From Octopus sinensis (Eukaryota), in assembly GCF_006345805.1 (NCBI RefSeq), contig NC_043007.1, forward strand, positions 17,360,001 through 17,424,000: a DNA stretch of 64,000 bases, read 5' to 3'. Made by a program: the position numbers and the translations under genes. The notes under the pieces are model-generated. The model was not told the origin of the DNA. It searched no databases and saw nothing but the letters and a program-made list of their open reading frames with translations. Positions 51,336-64,000 of this stretch are shown here, piece after piece (the first letter of the stretch is position 1; the number at the start of each line of letters is the position of its first letter).

Positions 51336-54100
51336 CCAACATCAGTATTTTTAAAGTATCAGATTTTGTTTTAATTATGTGGTTTCTTTAATTACGATTG
51401 ATTCATAACAAATATCAAATATTTTGAAGCAGTTTTATTGAAAACTACAGGATAGTTGTGTTAGACACATTGTGCTTCAATTATGGATCAATGTGTTGAA
51501 TAAGGCATATGGCCAAGTGGTTAGAGTGCTGAAACTAGGATCAAAAAATTGTGGTTTCAATTCCCAGACTGGCAGTGCCTTGTATTCTTGAACAAAACAT
51601 TTCATTTCACATTGCTCCAGTCTAAGCTATTAATGGGTAACCCTGCAACAGACTAGAATCCTATTCTGGGAAAATGCTGGCCTCCCCGCTTAGCCAATGG
51701 AGTGGCATCATTCAAAAGATGTTACAATGAAAGGAAACACTCCGTTACTAGCAATATATAACGACATCTGACAGTTTGGTCAATTCAGTGAAGTTAAATA
51801 AATGGATGGTGTAAATATTATATTGCAGTAATTAGTATTCATTTATATTTATAAGATGATTTATGAATTTATTAAAACAAAAAAAAAAAAAGCAGAAAAA
51901 ATTTTTCTAAATGATAGCTTAGCAAGCATTTCCTAGAATTGGTGGTGGAGGTGTTTAAATGGCTAATATATTTAATTACTGATAATAAATCATAATATGA
52001 TGGTATCATAGACCATTACAGGAAGTCTATAATGTCTCTGAGCTGAACAATTATTTCTACATAATTCATCTTGATGAAGAAATCTTTAGTACTAATACAA
52101 GGAAGTTATTTATAATATTTAAGTGACAGAGACGAGCACAATAAAGTAGAGAGGAGTGGTTGAGGAAGACCCAAGTCACAACCTCTGGTTTGATTCCTTA
52201 TTTATAACTATCTTATTTATGACTTAAAACTGACACTGTTCTTGTCTAGTTGACTATCAATAGCTAATCAACGAGGCAATGAGGAAGTTTTCAAGTGGTT
52301 GCAAGAAATAGCAGCTAAATCACTTTCAAATTACAGTCTACAGTCATAAAAAAAAGAAAGGACAAGTTGCATAATATAGTCTCACTTATCATCATCGTCA
52401 TCATTTAATGTCCCCTTTTTCAGGCATCACTTGGATGGTTCAACATGAACAGATGAGCCAGAGGGCTGTTCCATTCACTGGTCTGCTTTGCCATGGTTTT
52501 TACAATTGGAAGCCCTTCCTAATGCCAACCACTTCACAGGATGTACTGAGTAGTTTTTATGTGACACCAGCACTAGTGAGGTCACCAAGCAGCCACAATA
52601 CAAGACCCCCTCAACTGAGTTGGGTATAGTATAGCATTGGGATATTATATCTGAGTACAAAATACAAAATGGTAGCAGCCAAAATGTATTTGATTGTAGG
52701 TTTTTTTGATCATAGGTTAGGTGTAAATAACTTGTTCATTAGAACAACATGTTGATGCATATAAACTATTGTATGCACCTAGATACCATAAATCCTTGAG
52801 TATAATCTGCATTTTTCCCCCAAAATTTAAAGGTCAAAATCCCTAGTGCATACTATATACGAGGTTAAAAATGAAAGATATTTTCTAAACAATGTCCGAG
52901 TCTCTATTTGCTGTCCGGCAATGTTTATTCAGACGCATTTTGTGATGTCGGGCACGAAAACACCTTAAGCTAAGCCTGAAAGCAATGAAGTCATAAAAGA
53001 ATCATCCATAACTTGCAGTAAGCAACATTTATTAAAATAAAAGTATTCAGAACACAGAATAATATGTAACAAAAACAATTAGCAAAATTAATAGGCTAAT
53101 GAACAAATTGCTTTGTGGTATTTAGAAACATTGCTTTAAGATCTCATTCAGAGCCGAGTTCCGGTTTCACGGTTGACTTTTCATCCTTCCAGAGTCAATA
53201 ATTTGACACCAGTCAAGTATTGGTGTCAAATTAATCAACTGTACTACTATATACTTCCCCAAATTTGAAGCGTTGTCATCTGTGGTTGAAATCAATATTT
53301 TCCTATAATGAAGTTTTTTGCCTACAATGAAAATAGAGTATTTGTAATAGACTTTATTATAAGCTTCCTGTTTAATATCCTATGGTGCTAATTAAGAAAT
53401 GAAAGGCAACATATTGAGAAAAATAGGTCAAATAAAATAGCTAAAACAAAAGCCCTCAACTTTAAAATGCTGGTTGATTGACCCACTTTCAATTTTTAAT
53501 CAACAACAGTAATCTATTAACATGCTTTCTCAGATTAGATAAAAAAATGTTTTCCTTGTCTCTCTCTCTTGTGGAAAGCACCATCCGAACGTGGTCGATG
53601 CCAGCGCCACCTTGACTGGCTTCTGTGCCTGTGGCATGTAAAAAGCACCAACTGGTTGTGGCCGCTGCCAGCCTCCCCTGGCACCTGTGCCGGTGGCACT
53701 TAAAAAGCACATACTACACTCATGGAGTGGTTGGCATTAGGAAGGGCACCCAGCTGTAGAAACACTGCCAGATCAGACTGGAGCCTAGTGCAGCCTTCTG
53801 GCTTCCCAGACCCCAGTTGAACTGTCCAACCCATGCTAGCACAGAAAACGGACGTTAAACAATGATGATGATGATGACATAACACTATAATTCCCATTAA
53901 GAAAAATAATCATTTTTACTCATTTAAATTTCAAGGAAGGCTACAGACCATCAGCCTAATGACAGATATTTAGAAGGGTCATTTTTGCATCTGGTATCAT
54001 TTTATTTTTGAAATTGAAAGCTGAAAGATTCCATATATATTGAAATTGTCTCTCATGGCTATCATATATACTGAACACAGGAAATATAATCTCATATCTA

Positions 54101-54501
54101 TATTCACTTATACATTACAAAATTTCATAAACTTGTGTACATATATTTGCCAATTTTTAATATATTCCTGTGACTTGATTAAAGATTTAAATTGTATACT
54201 AATTAAATAATATTCTCTGATAAAAAAAAAAAAAGAATTTGTCTAAAATAGCAATTTGTGGTGATAATTTGTTAAATAGAAAATATATTGATATCCAACT
54301 TAATTATTTTATGTATTTATTTAAACAAAAATTGTGATATTTTTCAGGAAATAATACTCTCCTTCTCATGTTAAATAAATACAATATATAAATGAAAACT
54401 ATATTATTAGTGAATGTAGACATACCTGGCTTCCCATAGAAACAGGTTCATTAGATTAATTGCAATTGACTTTTAAATGTTTGATGAGCTGTGAAGTGAC
54501 A
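54101..54501 (+). repeat. About 400-bp direct repeat, copy 1 (copy 2 at 56498-56897)
   Basis: tattcacttatacattacaaaatttc...gatgagc.gtgaagtgaca; only a few substitutions between copies. Confidence 0.9.
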
Positions 54502-56294
54502 AAAGGTTGGCAGAGAAAAAAAACTATAAAATTGTCCTTTTTCTCAATGGTTCATTGCTTGAGTCAACAGCAACTTCTAATAAGCTTCCATTTAAAGCTA
54601 TCACCAAATATGGACTTTCTCGAGGTGACATAGGCCGCAATTTGAGAAAGTCAATGTCATTGAAAATGTTTGTGTGTGTATGAGTGTGTGTGTATATATA
54701 TTTATCAATAGCTGTAAAATATAAAGCTGTATTTGTTTACTAACTTTGCAGTATATCTTTGTACACTGAAATTTGAAGAGGTTGACATCATTTTGTATTT
54801 TCTATACTTGCATGAAACTAAAACTATAACATCTCTTTATATATATATTACAGAACAGTAATGTTGCAGAGTCTTGCATGAGAAAGCAAAGAAAATCAAT
54901 GTTAAATATTTATTAGAATTTTGTTGTGTTTGTTATCTTCTAAAACATTCCATGTATTTTGATTAAATAAATTATGAATTTTCAACAGCTGAATCCTAAC
55001 TGAGGTCATTTCAACTAAGCAAGGCCTCAAGTGATCTCAATAAACCATATGATAATTCCACATGGCCATTTTATACTTTGATGCATTAAAAATAAAAATG
55101 TTGAATTGTGAGCTATGCCACTTCCATCTTTTAAATATTTGCATACCTTACAATGCTCTAGTTTTCCCAGATTATTAGTCTACTTGACTAAAATACACTG
55201 ACTTCCATTCCTTATAAATTATACAAAGAAGCTTATGTAATTTTTTTTTCACAGATGCTATGTTTATTTCATTTATGTCATAAAGTTAATTTAATTACTC
55301 TCAAATGTTTGGAGTCTTTTAGAAATATGAAATTTGAAATATGTACAAATTCAGCCAATATTCTCAATTTTGGTCCTTGCCATCTTTACGATTTGAATTA
55401 TATAATGCATAGCAGATACCTATCTTTTTTTTTTTGTCAGTTCCAGAGCTATCGTTGGAGGATGGGAAAGTTTATTTCTCTCTCCCAGACTTCATATAAT
55501 TTCAATTTCTCAACTGTGACGGGTTTAATTAAATTTGATAAAAAAAAAACATTTAAAAAAAAAAATTTTGTTTTGAAAAGTAATATGTTCACTTGAAATA
55601 TTGCAAACCTTTATAACATGTCTGTTAAGATGTTGTAGTTTAACCCTTTTGATACCAACCCATGTGAGACCATCCCCTCATTCTATGATACAATCTTTCT
55701 TTCTTAAAGTAATCTGAATTAAGACTGTGCATCAATATTTCTTGTTAGTTTATTTTTTAAACATCAATTTATTAATAACAGTTATTTTACTAAATTCTTC
55801 ATCATTTCAAAATTAGTTGAAACAAAAGTAGGGTTTTTCAACAAAAATATAGCAACAAATGGTTAAACAAGGAAAGTGAATCCCATTTCTAGCTTGCTAT
55901 CAATTCCTTATTACTTTCAAAAATGTTCATTCTTACTAGTTTACTAAGTTTATACTCAAAAAAATGTTGAGATTTTAGACATGATAAAATATATTTTTTT
56001 TAATTCCTAAAAAACAATCGATATGTTAATTGAATCCAAATCTGTTATCATTATAATTGTACATTTTTTGTGTGTGTGTTTTTTTCTTTATATATCATCA
56101 GTTATTTATTTATTTTAAAATATATTGCAATGTTTCATTTAATAATTCAAGATATGTTTTGTCTGCTACAATGTTCGAGGGAAAATTTTAATGAAATTAA
56201 ATTTATATGAAAGTTAAATATCCATATGATATTTTCTGTCTTTGTAACAATAAATTAATTATACCTGTAGTAAAACTAAACAAATTAATGTATA

Positions 56295-57173
56295 CAGTAC
56301 TGGATCGATTATTTGGTAAGCTTGGAACTGGAAGTGTCCTGGATTTCTGGATTTTCTAGCATTCTGGAGACGGTCTAAATATATACTTAAAATATAATTA
56401 AACTATAAAAAGTAAAGAGTTAAATTGTACCTAACAGATTCAAATTCTACATCAGGATTTGTCTGATATAAATTACTCCACTTAAAATACATCATACTAT
56501 TCACTTATACATTACAAAATTTCATAAACTTGTATACATATATTTGCCAATTTTTAATATATTCCTGTGACTTGATTAAAGATTTAAATTGTATACTAAT
56601 TAAATAATATTCTCTGATTAAAAAAAAAAAGAATTTGTCTAAAATAGCAATTTGTGGTGATAATTTGTTAAATAGAAAATATATTGATATCCAACTTAAT
56701 TATTTTATGTATTTATTTAAGCAAAAATTGTGATATTTTTCAGGAAATAATACTCTCCTTCTCACCTAAAATAAATACGATATATAAATGAAAACTATAT
56801 TATTAGTGAATGTAGATATACCTGGCTTCCCATAGAAACAGGTTCATTAGATTAATTGCAATTGACTTTTAAATGTTTGATGAGCAGTGAAGTGACAGTA
56901 CAGTATAATTTTTATAAGATGAAAATTAAAAGTAGAAAAGTAAAGAACATGACTTTATTTAGCAGATACAAGCACAAATTAATATAATTCTAAAGGAGAG
57001 TATGTTTAATTTTTATCAATCCACTTAAAATAGTAAAGAACAAAACTATTCTTACACCATATGCAAATTAACCAATTTCAAAAATAGGCTCTCTTTACTC
57101 AATTCAGGATATATTGCATGATATTACACAGTATTTCCAGATATCTGGAAGCTGGATAAGAGTTCCAGTACTG
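56295..57173. mobile_element. Putative pogo/Tigger-like TIR element containing copy 2 of the 400-bp repeat
   Basis: ta|cagtactgga ... tccagtactg|ta; an 18-bp perfect inverted match including flanks (56287-56304 / 57164-57181). Confidence 0.55.
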
Positions 57174-57511
57174 TATACATTGGTCAGGTTTGTTCGCTTG
57201 TTTTAAATCAAATATAAAGTTGTGAATGCCAAACATTTTTGACCGAATTCAACTAAAACACTTACTGGGGTTAAAGTTTAAAGATTTTGCAGTGTAAGTG
57301 GTTTGCAGATGACCAATATTAGTCAAGTTCGTTTTGATATGAAGATTGGAAACCAGCAAGCCATACAGCTAAGGAATTTGGACAAAAGCCAAAATAATAT
57401 GGTAGATTATGAACAAGGGAAATTCTGTAGAATTGAATTTTAGAAAAGAATAAGGAGAAAATGATTTTTAGTTAATTCCTTGAAGAAATATATTTTTATT
57501 CCTGTGGGATA

Positions 57512-57557
<46 letters not shown>

Positions 57558-57570
57558 TATATATATATAC

Positions 57571-57641
<71 letters not shown>

Positions 57642-57685
57642 ATAGTGTGTGTGTGTATACATACACTTGAGTACATGTGTGTGTG

Positions 57686-57724
<39 letters not shown>

Positions 57725-57844
57725 TTACACACACAGTAGGGTTTCATTTTTGTCAATATAGAGAGATTATCTATGTAATTAATAGACAAAATCTTCCTTT
57801 CAGTGAGAGGGTGGAGTATTAAAATCTGAAAGTAAAAAGAAACA

Positions 57845-57897
<53 letters not shown>

Positions 57898-58550
57898 TAA
57901 TAATAGTAGTAATGATAATCACTATTGAAATTTTTAGAAACTATAGAACGTATAGGCATTCATACAAAACACATACATATACTAATAATTACATGCACAC
58001 ACACACATTCATATACACACAGACACATACATGCACACATGGTTTTCATACTTTGAACTACTCCTTAGATTTTCTAATTCTCTATAAAACCTTTCATTAG
58101 TCATAACAACAGTATATACAACAGTAGTGAAACGATGTAAATTACACTGTTTATTCTATGTAAAATATTTGTTGTAACAAAGCTCTAAGGTGAACCATGT
58201 CATACTGTGATAATATTGTATTTTATTGACAATTTTCAAATGAAGATTTTGTTTTGATATTAAAATTTTTTCCATTCTTTTTACTTTCTTGTAGTTGTTT
58301 TTATTTTATTTTTATTTATTTATTTTTTTTTCCTGCTCTGAAATTTTGAAATTTCTTCATCATAATCATCACCACCATCCTCACCATCATCAACAGCCGT
58401 TCAAGAATTTGGACCTGGAGATCTCCATTTCCAGCAACTTCGAGGGACACCTCCCAGTGGTGTCGGGCGTTAATGAAGAGCCCTCGACTACAACAAGACG
58501 ACCAAAGTTTTTTTCCAAGGTCTGGGGTCTCCCGCCCCTAAGCCCTAGAC

Positions 58551-58747
58551 CAGTGCTTTTCAAACTTTTTGCTGGAGCGGAACCCCAAGGAAACATTCCA
58601 CTGGCTCGAGGAACCCCAGTGCAATAATTTAATAGTCTTATGCACACATATCTACACAGGAGAATTAAAAATTACTGCCGATTTTAGCATTTTTGTAACT
58701 TCTTGCGGAACCATAAGGTTCCACGGAACCCTGGTTGAAAATCACTG
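58551..58747. mobile_element. hAT (Charlie-like) MITE, 197 bp
   Basis: TSD ccctagac at 58543-58550 and 58748-58755; TIRs cagtgcttttcaaac / gttgaaaatcactg. Confidence 0.9.
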
Positions 58748-59112
58748 CCCTAGACCATCACCTAATCACCCTTACCCATCTTGTTGCTTAACAACAACAA
58801 CAACAACAACCATCATCAACACCATTATCACCATCATCATCACCATCATCATCGTCATAATTTACAATCACATCATGCCTAGTCTTTATATTCTTGTAAA
58901 ATCTGTAAATTAATTAACCAGAGTGACTGGTAGAATAAAGAGTGACAAAGCAAACTGTTGGATGTTTGAGTGGTAGTTCAATGATTGATGAATAAACAGT
59001 TGTTTGGTAAGCAATTTAGATGAGCTACTTTGAAAAACATGCCATAATTATATTGGGGTATCCAGCAGTAAAACTCCCAGCAATTTCAATCAACTCTGGT
59101 CATACCATTCTA

Positions 59113-59328
59113 CAGGGTGGCCCCAAAGTAGGTTTACAATTATCACATAGGCACTTTAAATTTCTTTTAAAACATTTTATTACATTTAAATTTCTATCTT
59201 ACAATTAACTAAATTAGCATAGAATAATGGTTTCATATTTTTTAATAGTTAATTAAGATCTAAACTGTTAATATATGAATGTGAAAGAGATAGTTGAATA
59301 ACTGTAAACCTACTTTTGGGCCACCCTG
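59113..59328. mobile_element. Tc1/mariner-type MITE, 216 bp
   Basis: 26-bp TIRs with 1 mismatch, cagggtggccccaaagtaggtttaca / tgtaaacctacttttgggccaccctg; TA flanks. Confidence 0.9.
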
Positions 59329-60150
59329 TATATTGTTTTTAGATCAATCAACTTTAAAATACCACCAATTCGAAATTGTTGAATATCAGATATGCAATTC
59401 TTTGACTTTTTTTCAGTCATCTGCTGTGGCCATGCTGGGGCATTGCTTTGAAGAATTTTTTAATGAATTGACCTTGGTGTTTATGTTTTTTCTTTAAACC
59501 TTTGCCAAACTGCTAAGTTACAGGGATGCAAACACCAGTTGTCAAGCAGGGGTAGGGGACATCCCTCCCACCACATATATATGACCGGCTTCTTTCAGAG
59601 ACACTTGCTCAAGGTGCCACACAATGGGTCTGATATCATAGCCATGTGTTTGGACAGCAAGATTCTTACCACACAGCCATGCCTGCAATTCTTGGGAAAC
59701 AAAAAGCATAAAATTACCAGGAGTTGCTGTGTGGTAAGAAGCTTGCTTACTAACCACATGGTTCTGGGTTCAATCCCACTGCATGGCACCTTGGGCAAGT
59801 GTTTTCTACTATAGCCTCAGGCCAACCAAAGCTTTGTGAGTGGATTTGGTAGACAGAAACTGAAAGAAACTCGTCGTACATATATGTATATATACGTGTG
59901 TGTGTATATGTTTGTGTGTCTGTGTTTGTCCTCCCCTCCCAACATCGCTTGACAACCGATGCTGGTGTGTTTACATCCCTGTAACTTAGCAGTTCGACAA
60001 AAGAGACTGACAGAATAAGTACTGGGCTTACAAAGAATAAGTCCTGGTGTTCGATTTTGTTTGACTAAAGGCAGTGCTCCAGCATGGCCGCAGTCAAATG
60101 GCTGAAAGAAAAGAGTAAAAGAGCATATGTGTACAAGCATGGAATGACAT

Positions 60151-61271
60151 AAAAAAGACTGATAAAAAAGACTGATAAAAAAGACTGATAAAAAAGACTG
60201 ATAAAAAGACTGATAAAAAAGACTGATAAAAGACTGATAAAAAGACTGATAAAAAGACTGATAAAAAGACTGATAAAAGACTGATAAAAAAGACTGATAA
60301 AAAAGACTGATAAAAAGACTGATAAAAAAGACTGATAAAAAAGACTGATAAAAAGACTGATAAAAAAGACTGATAAAAAAGACTGATAAAAAAGACTGAT
60401 AAAAAGACTGATAAAAAAGACTGATAAAAAAGACTGATAAAAAGACTGATAAAAGACTGATAAAAAGACTGATAAAAAAAGACTGATAAAAAATACTGAT
60501 AAAAAGACTGATAAAAAGACTGATAAAAAGACTGATAAAAAAGACTGATAAAAAGACTGATAAAAAAGACTGATAAAAAGACTGATAAAAAAGACTGATA
60601 AAAAGACTGATAAAAAAGACTGATAAAAAGACTGATAAAAAAGACTGATAAAAAAGACTGATAAAAAGACTGATAAAAAAGACTGATAAAAAAGACTGAT
60701 AAAAAGACTGATAAAAAAGACTGATAAAAAGACTGATAAAAAGACTGATAAAAAGACTGATAAAAAGACTGATAAAAAAGACTGATAAAAAGACTGATAA
60801 AAAAGACTGATAAAAAAGACTGATAAAAAAGACTGATAAAAAGACTGATAAAAAAGACTGATAAAAAAGACTGATAAAAAGACTGATAAAAAGACTGATA
60901 AAAAAGACTGATAAAAAAGACTGATAAAAAAGACTGATAAAAAAGACTGATAAAAAGACTGATAAAAAAGACTGATAAAAAAGACTGATAAAAAAGACTG
61001 ATAAAAAAGACTGATAAAAAGACTGATAAAAAAGACTGATAAAAAAGACTGATAAAAAGACTGATAAAAAACTGATAAAAAAGACTGATAAAAAAGACTG
61101 ATAAAAGACTGATAAAAAGACTGATAAAAGACTGATAAAAAAGACTGATAAAAGACTGATAAAAAGACTGATAAAAAAGACTGATAAAAAGACTGATAAA
61201 AGACTGATAAAAAAGACTGATAAAAGACTGATAAAAAAGACTGATAAAAGACTGATAAAAAGACTGATAAA
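60151..61271 (+). repeat. Minisatellite (GACTGAT-A4-7)n, roughly 90 units
   Basis: Seen directly; source of the spurious 395 and 501 aa ORFs. Confidence 0.95.
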
Positions 61272-61731
61272 CAACCAACAAATAGGAATGTTCTCTAATT
61301 TTTTACAACTATTCTCCACCAATAATTAAAAAAAAAAAAATAATAATAATAATAATAATAATAAAACATTTGTTGCAATACTTGATGCAAACATTAAAAC
61401 ATATGCTCTGATTCATAGTTTTACTTATAAAGCCAGGCTACTTCAAAATCTTTTATACTGAGATAAACCACACAGCTACTAAGATTTATAGCCAAGCTTC
61501 ATAATTACAGTAATTAGCAAAAGTCGTCTCCATTCCAAAACTATAACTGCATTTTAACTACATTTAAAATCATATTTTTGATGTCAATGTCAAGAATTTA
61601 TAAATTTTGAAAGACTCTGAAATAATTCTTGTTTGAAATGGTGAATCTTGAAGTAAATAAAGCTATTAATAATTGTTTCTACAATAGGCACAAGGCTTGA
61701 AATTTTATGTACTGATACAAATATTAAAATA

Positions 61732-62294
61732 TTGGGTTGTCCGGAAAGTTAATGCCAATTATAGTAGCTTACCTTTCGACTTATTTTAAAACATGGTTGA
61801 GTCCATAAAATAGGATTTGACTACACCTCTATTTAGGGCACAGGTTAAGCTATCTTTTCATGGAAGAAGGTTTATGTTCCTATAACCTCTGTTAATTCTG
61901 TAACCCTTTAAATGGAAGATAAAAAGTTCATTTTTGGCACTTGATGCTTTGGGAACCAGACAAAAATTGCTGCAGCTCAGCTGAGATGTGTTACCCCACC
62001 CTCCATATTCACCAGATATTGCTCCTTCGGATTTCCATTTATTCAGGTCTCTGCAGAATAGTCTTAATGGTAAAAGTTTCAATTCCTTGGATGACGTAAA
62101 AAGATACCTTGATGAATTCTTTGCCATGAAACCACCTCAATTCTGGGAAGAGGGTATTTTCAAGTTAAAGGAAAGAAGGAGACGCACTGTGCAACAAAAT
62201 GGTTCATATTTGGTTGATTAAAAATGTAATGGCAAGTATTTATTGACCTTTTTCTTTCCTTTAAAAATCGGCATGAACTTTCCGGACAACCTAA
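61732..62294 (+). mobile_element. Internally deleted mariner (DD34D-type) element, copy 1
   Basis: TIRs ttgggttgtccggaaagtt / aactttccggacaacctaa with TA flanks. N-terminus MEDKKVHFWHLMLWE is joined to C-terminal LPHPPYSPDIAPSDFHLFRSL... Confidence 0.92.
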
Positions 62295-62630
62295 TATATG
62301 GTCTAACTGATCCATAATTTTACTTGTAGAGCCAGGCTACTTCAAAATCTTTTATACTGAGATAAACCACACAGCTACTAAGATTTATAGCCAAGCTTCA
62401 TAATTACAGTAATTAGCAAAAGTCGTCTCCATTCCAAAACTATAACTGCATTTTAACTACATTTAAAATCATATTTTTGATGTCAATGTCAAGAATTTAT
62501 AAATTTTGAAAGACTCTGAAATAATTCTTGTTTGAAATGGTGTATCTTGAAGTAAATAAAGCTATTAATAATTGTTTCTACAATAGGCACAAGGCTTGAA
62601 ATTTTATGTACTGATACAAATATTAAAATA

Positions 62631-63196
62631 TTGGGTTGTCCGGAAAGTTAATGCCAATTTATAGTAGCTTACCTTTCGACTTATTTTAAAACATGGTTGA
62701 GTCCATAAAATAGGATTTGACTACACCTCTATTTAGGGCACAGGTTAAGCTATCTTTTCATGGAAGAAGGTTTATGTTCCTATAACCTCTGTTAATTCTG
62801 TAACCCTTTAAAATGGAAGATAAAAAAGTTCATTTTTGGCACTTGATGCTTTGGGAACCAGACAAAAATTGCTGCAGCTCAGCTGAGATGTGTTACCCCA
62901 CCCTCCATATTCACCAGATATTGCTCCTTCGGATTTCCATTTATTCAGGTCTCTGCAGAATAGTCTTAATGGTAAAAGTTTCAATTCCTTGGATGATGTA
63001 AAAAGATACCTTGATGAATTCTTTGCCATGAAACCACCTCAATTCTGGGAAGAGGGTATTTTCAAGTTAAAGGAAAGAAGGAGACGCACTGTGCAACAAA
63101 ATGGTTCATATTTGGTTGATTAAAAATGTAATGGCAAGTATTTATTGACCTTTTTCTTTCCTTTAAAAATCGGCATGAACTTTCCGGACAACCTAA
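62631..63196 (+). mobile_element. Internally deleted mariner element, copy 2 (tandem duplicate)
   Basis: Nearly identical to copy 1, including flanks; period about 900 bp. Confidence 0.92.
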
Positions 63197-64000
63197 TATA
63201 TGGTCTAACTGATCCATAATTTTACTTGTAGAGCCAGGCTACTTCAAAATCTTTTATACTGAAATAAACCACTCAGCTGTTAAGATTTATAAGCTATTAA
63301 TCTGCTTGCTATCATTGTAGCCAAGCTTCATAATTACACTAATTAGCGAAAGCTGTCTCCATTCCAAAACTATAACTGCATTTTAGCTACATTTAAAATC
63401 ATATTTTTCACGTCGATGTCATAAGAATTTATAAATTTCAAAAGAATCTGAAATAATTCTTGTTTGAAATGGTGGATCTTGAAGTAAATAAAGCTATATT
63501 GTTTCTACAATAGGCGCAAAGCCTGAAATATATATATGTCTCCTTTTTATATCAAACACAGTATGAGAGGTAAAAAAATGTTCAATATAAAAAAGTATGT
63601 TTTATGTGTTTAAAGTCTATCTAATCTTGTGGAATATACCTTAGCAGGAGGTATACCTTAAACTTTTGGTAATGTGTCATAGCTAAAAGAAAGAACAGCT
63701 TCAAACTTTCAGAGAAATAAAAACATATACTTGTGATCCTCCTAACAGTCACAGCTATTAATCCTGCTTCATAACATTCAGAAATTAGAAATTGAAATAA
63801 AGAAATTATAGATACACAGACTTCACATATTTAGTAACTTTCTGTTGGTAATCATGTATAGCACTATTTCATTCTTTTAAGAAACTGTCAGCATGATATA
63901 ACTAACTTATTAATTAAACATTTTATGAAGAGAGGCATTTCATTAAAGATGGAGGAAATTCGTGGAAAGTGTTTGTTTTTGTTTGTTTTGTTTCGGTTTT

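Noticed and set aside
60151-61271. CRISPR-like array or bacterial contamination
   Set aside because: No unique spacers, no cas genes, and the context is clearly eukaryotic
59817-61322. 501 and 395 aa FISLFYQSFLSV-repeat ORFs that look membrane-protein-like
   Set aside because: Minus-strand translation of the GACTGAT-An minisatellite

Overview
AT-rich, microsatellite-dense animal genomic DNA. The SINE families and repeat landscape look like an octopod cephalopod; this is inferred from pattern recognition, not a database hit. One host gene is clearly supported: the 3' eight coding exons of a calmodulin-lysine N-methyltransferase (CAMKMT) orthologue on the + strand (16798-44166), all with GT-AG introns. 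Its 5' exons were not found and probably lie upstream of the window. The sixth visible exon (37825-37887) is one base short, giving a frameshift and a TGA at 37877-37879; this is either an assembly indel or a real lesion. The rest is mostly transposon-derived: a full-length degenerate DD36E Tc1-type element, a tandemly duplicated internally deleted mariner, hAT/Tc1/MULE-like MITEs with TIRs and TSDs, two Helitron-type elements, 3' fragments of RTE, CR1, Tx1/L1 and R4-type LINEs, and many modular tRNA-headed SINEs. The most interesting signal is a set of fold-back elements carrying minimal hammerhead-ribozyme motifs. One is a head-to-head dimer of a tRNA-headed, hammerhead-bearing element (28604-29030) with an apparently intact hammerhead on the sense strand of a CAMKMT intron. 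Nearly all long ORFs in the supplied track are simple-repeat artefacts.
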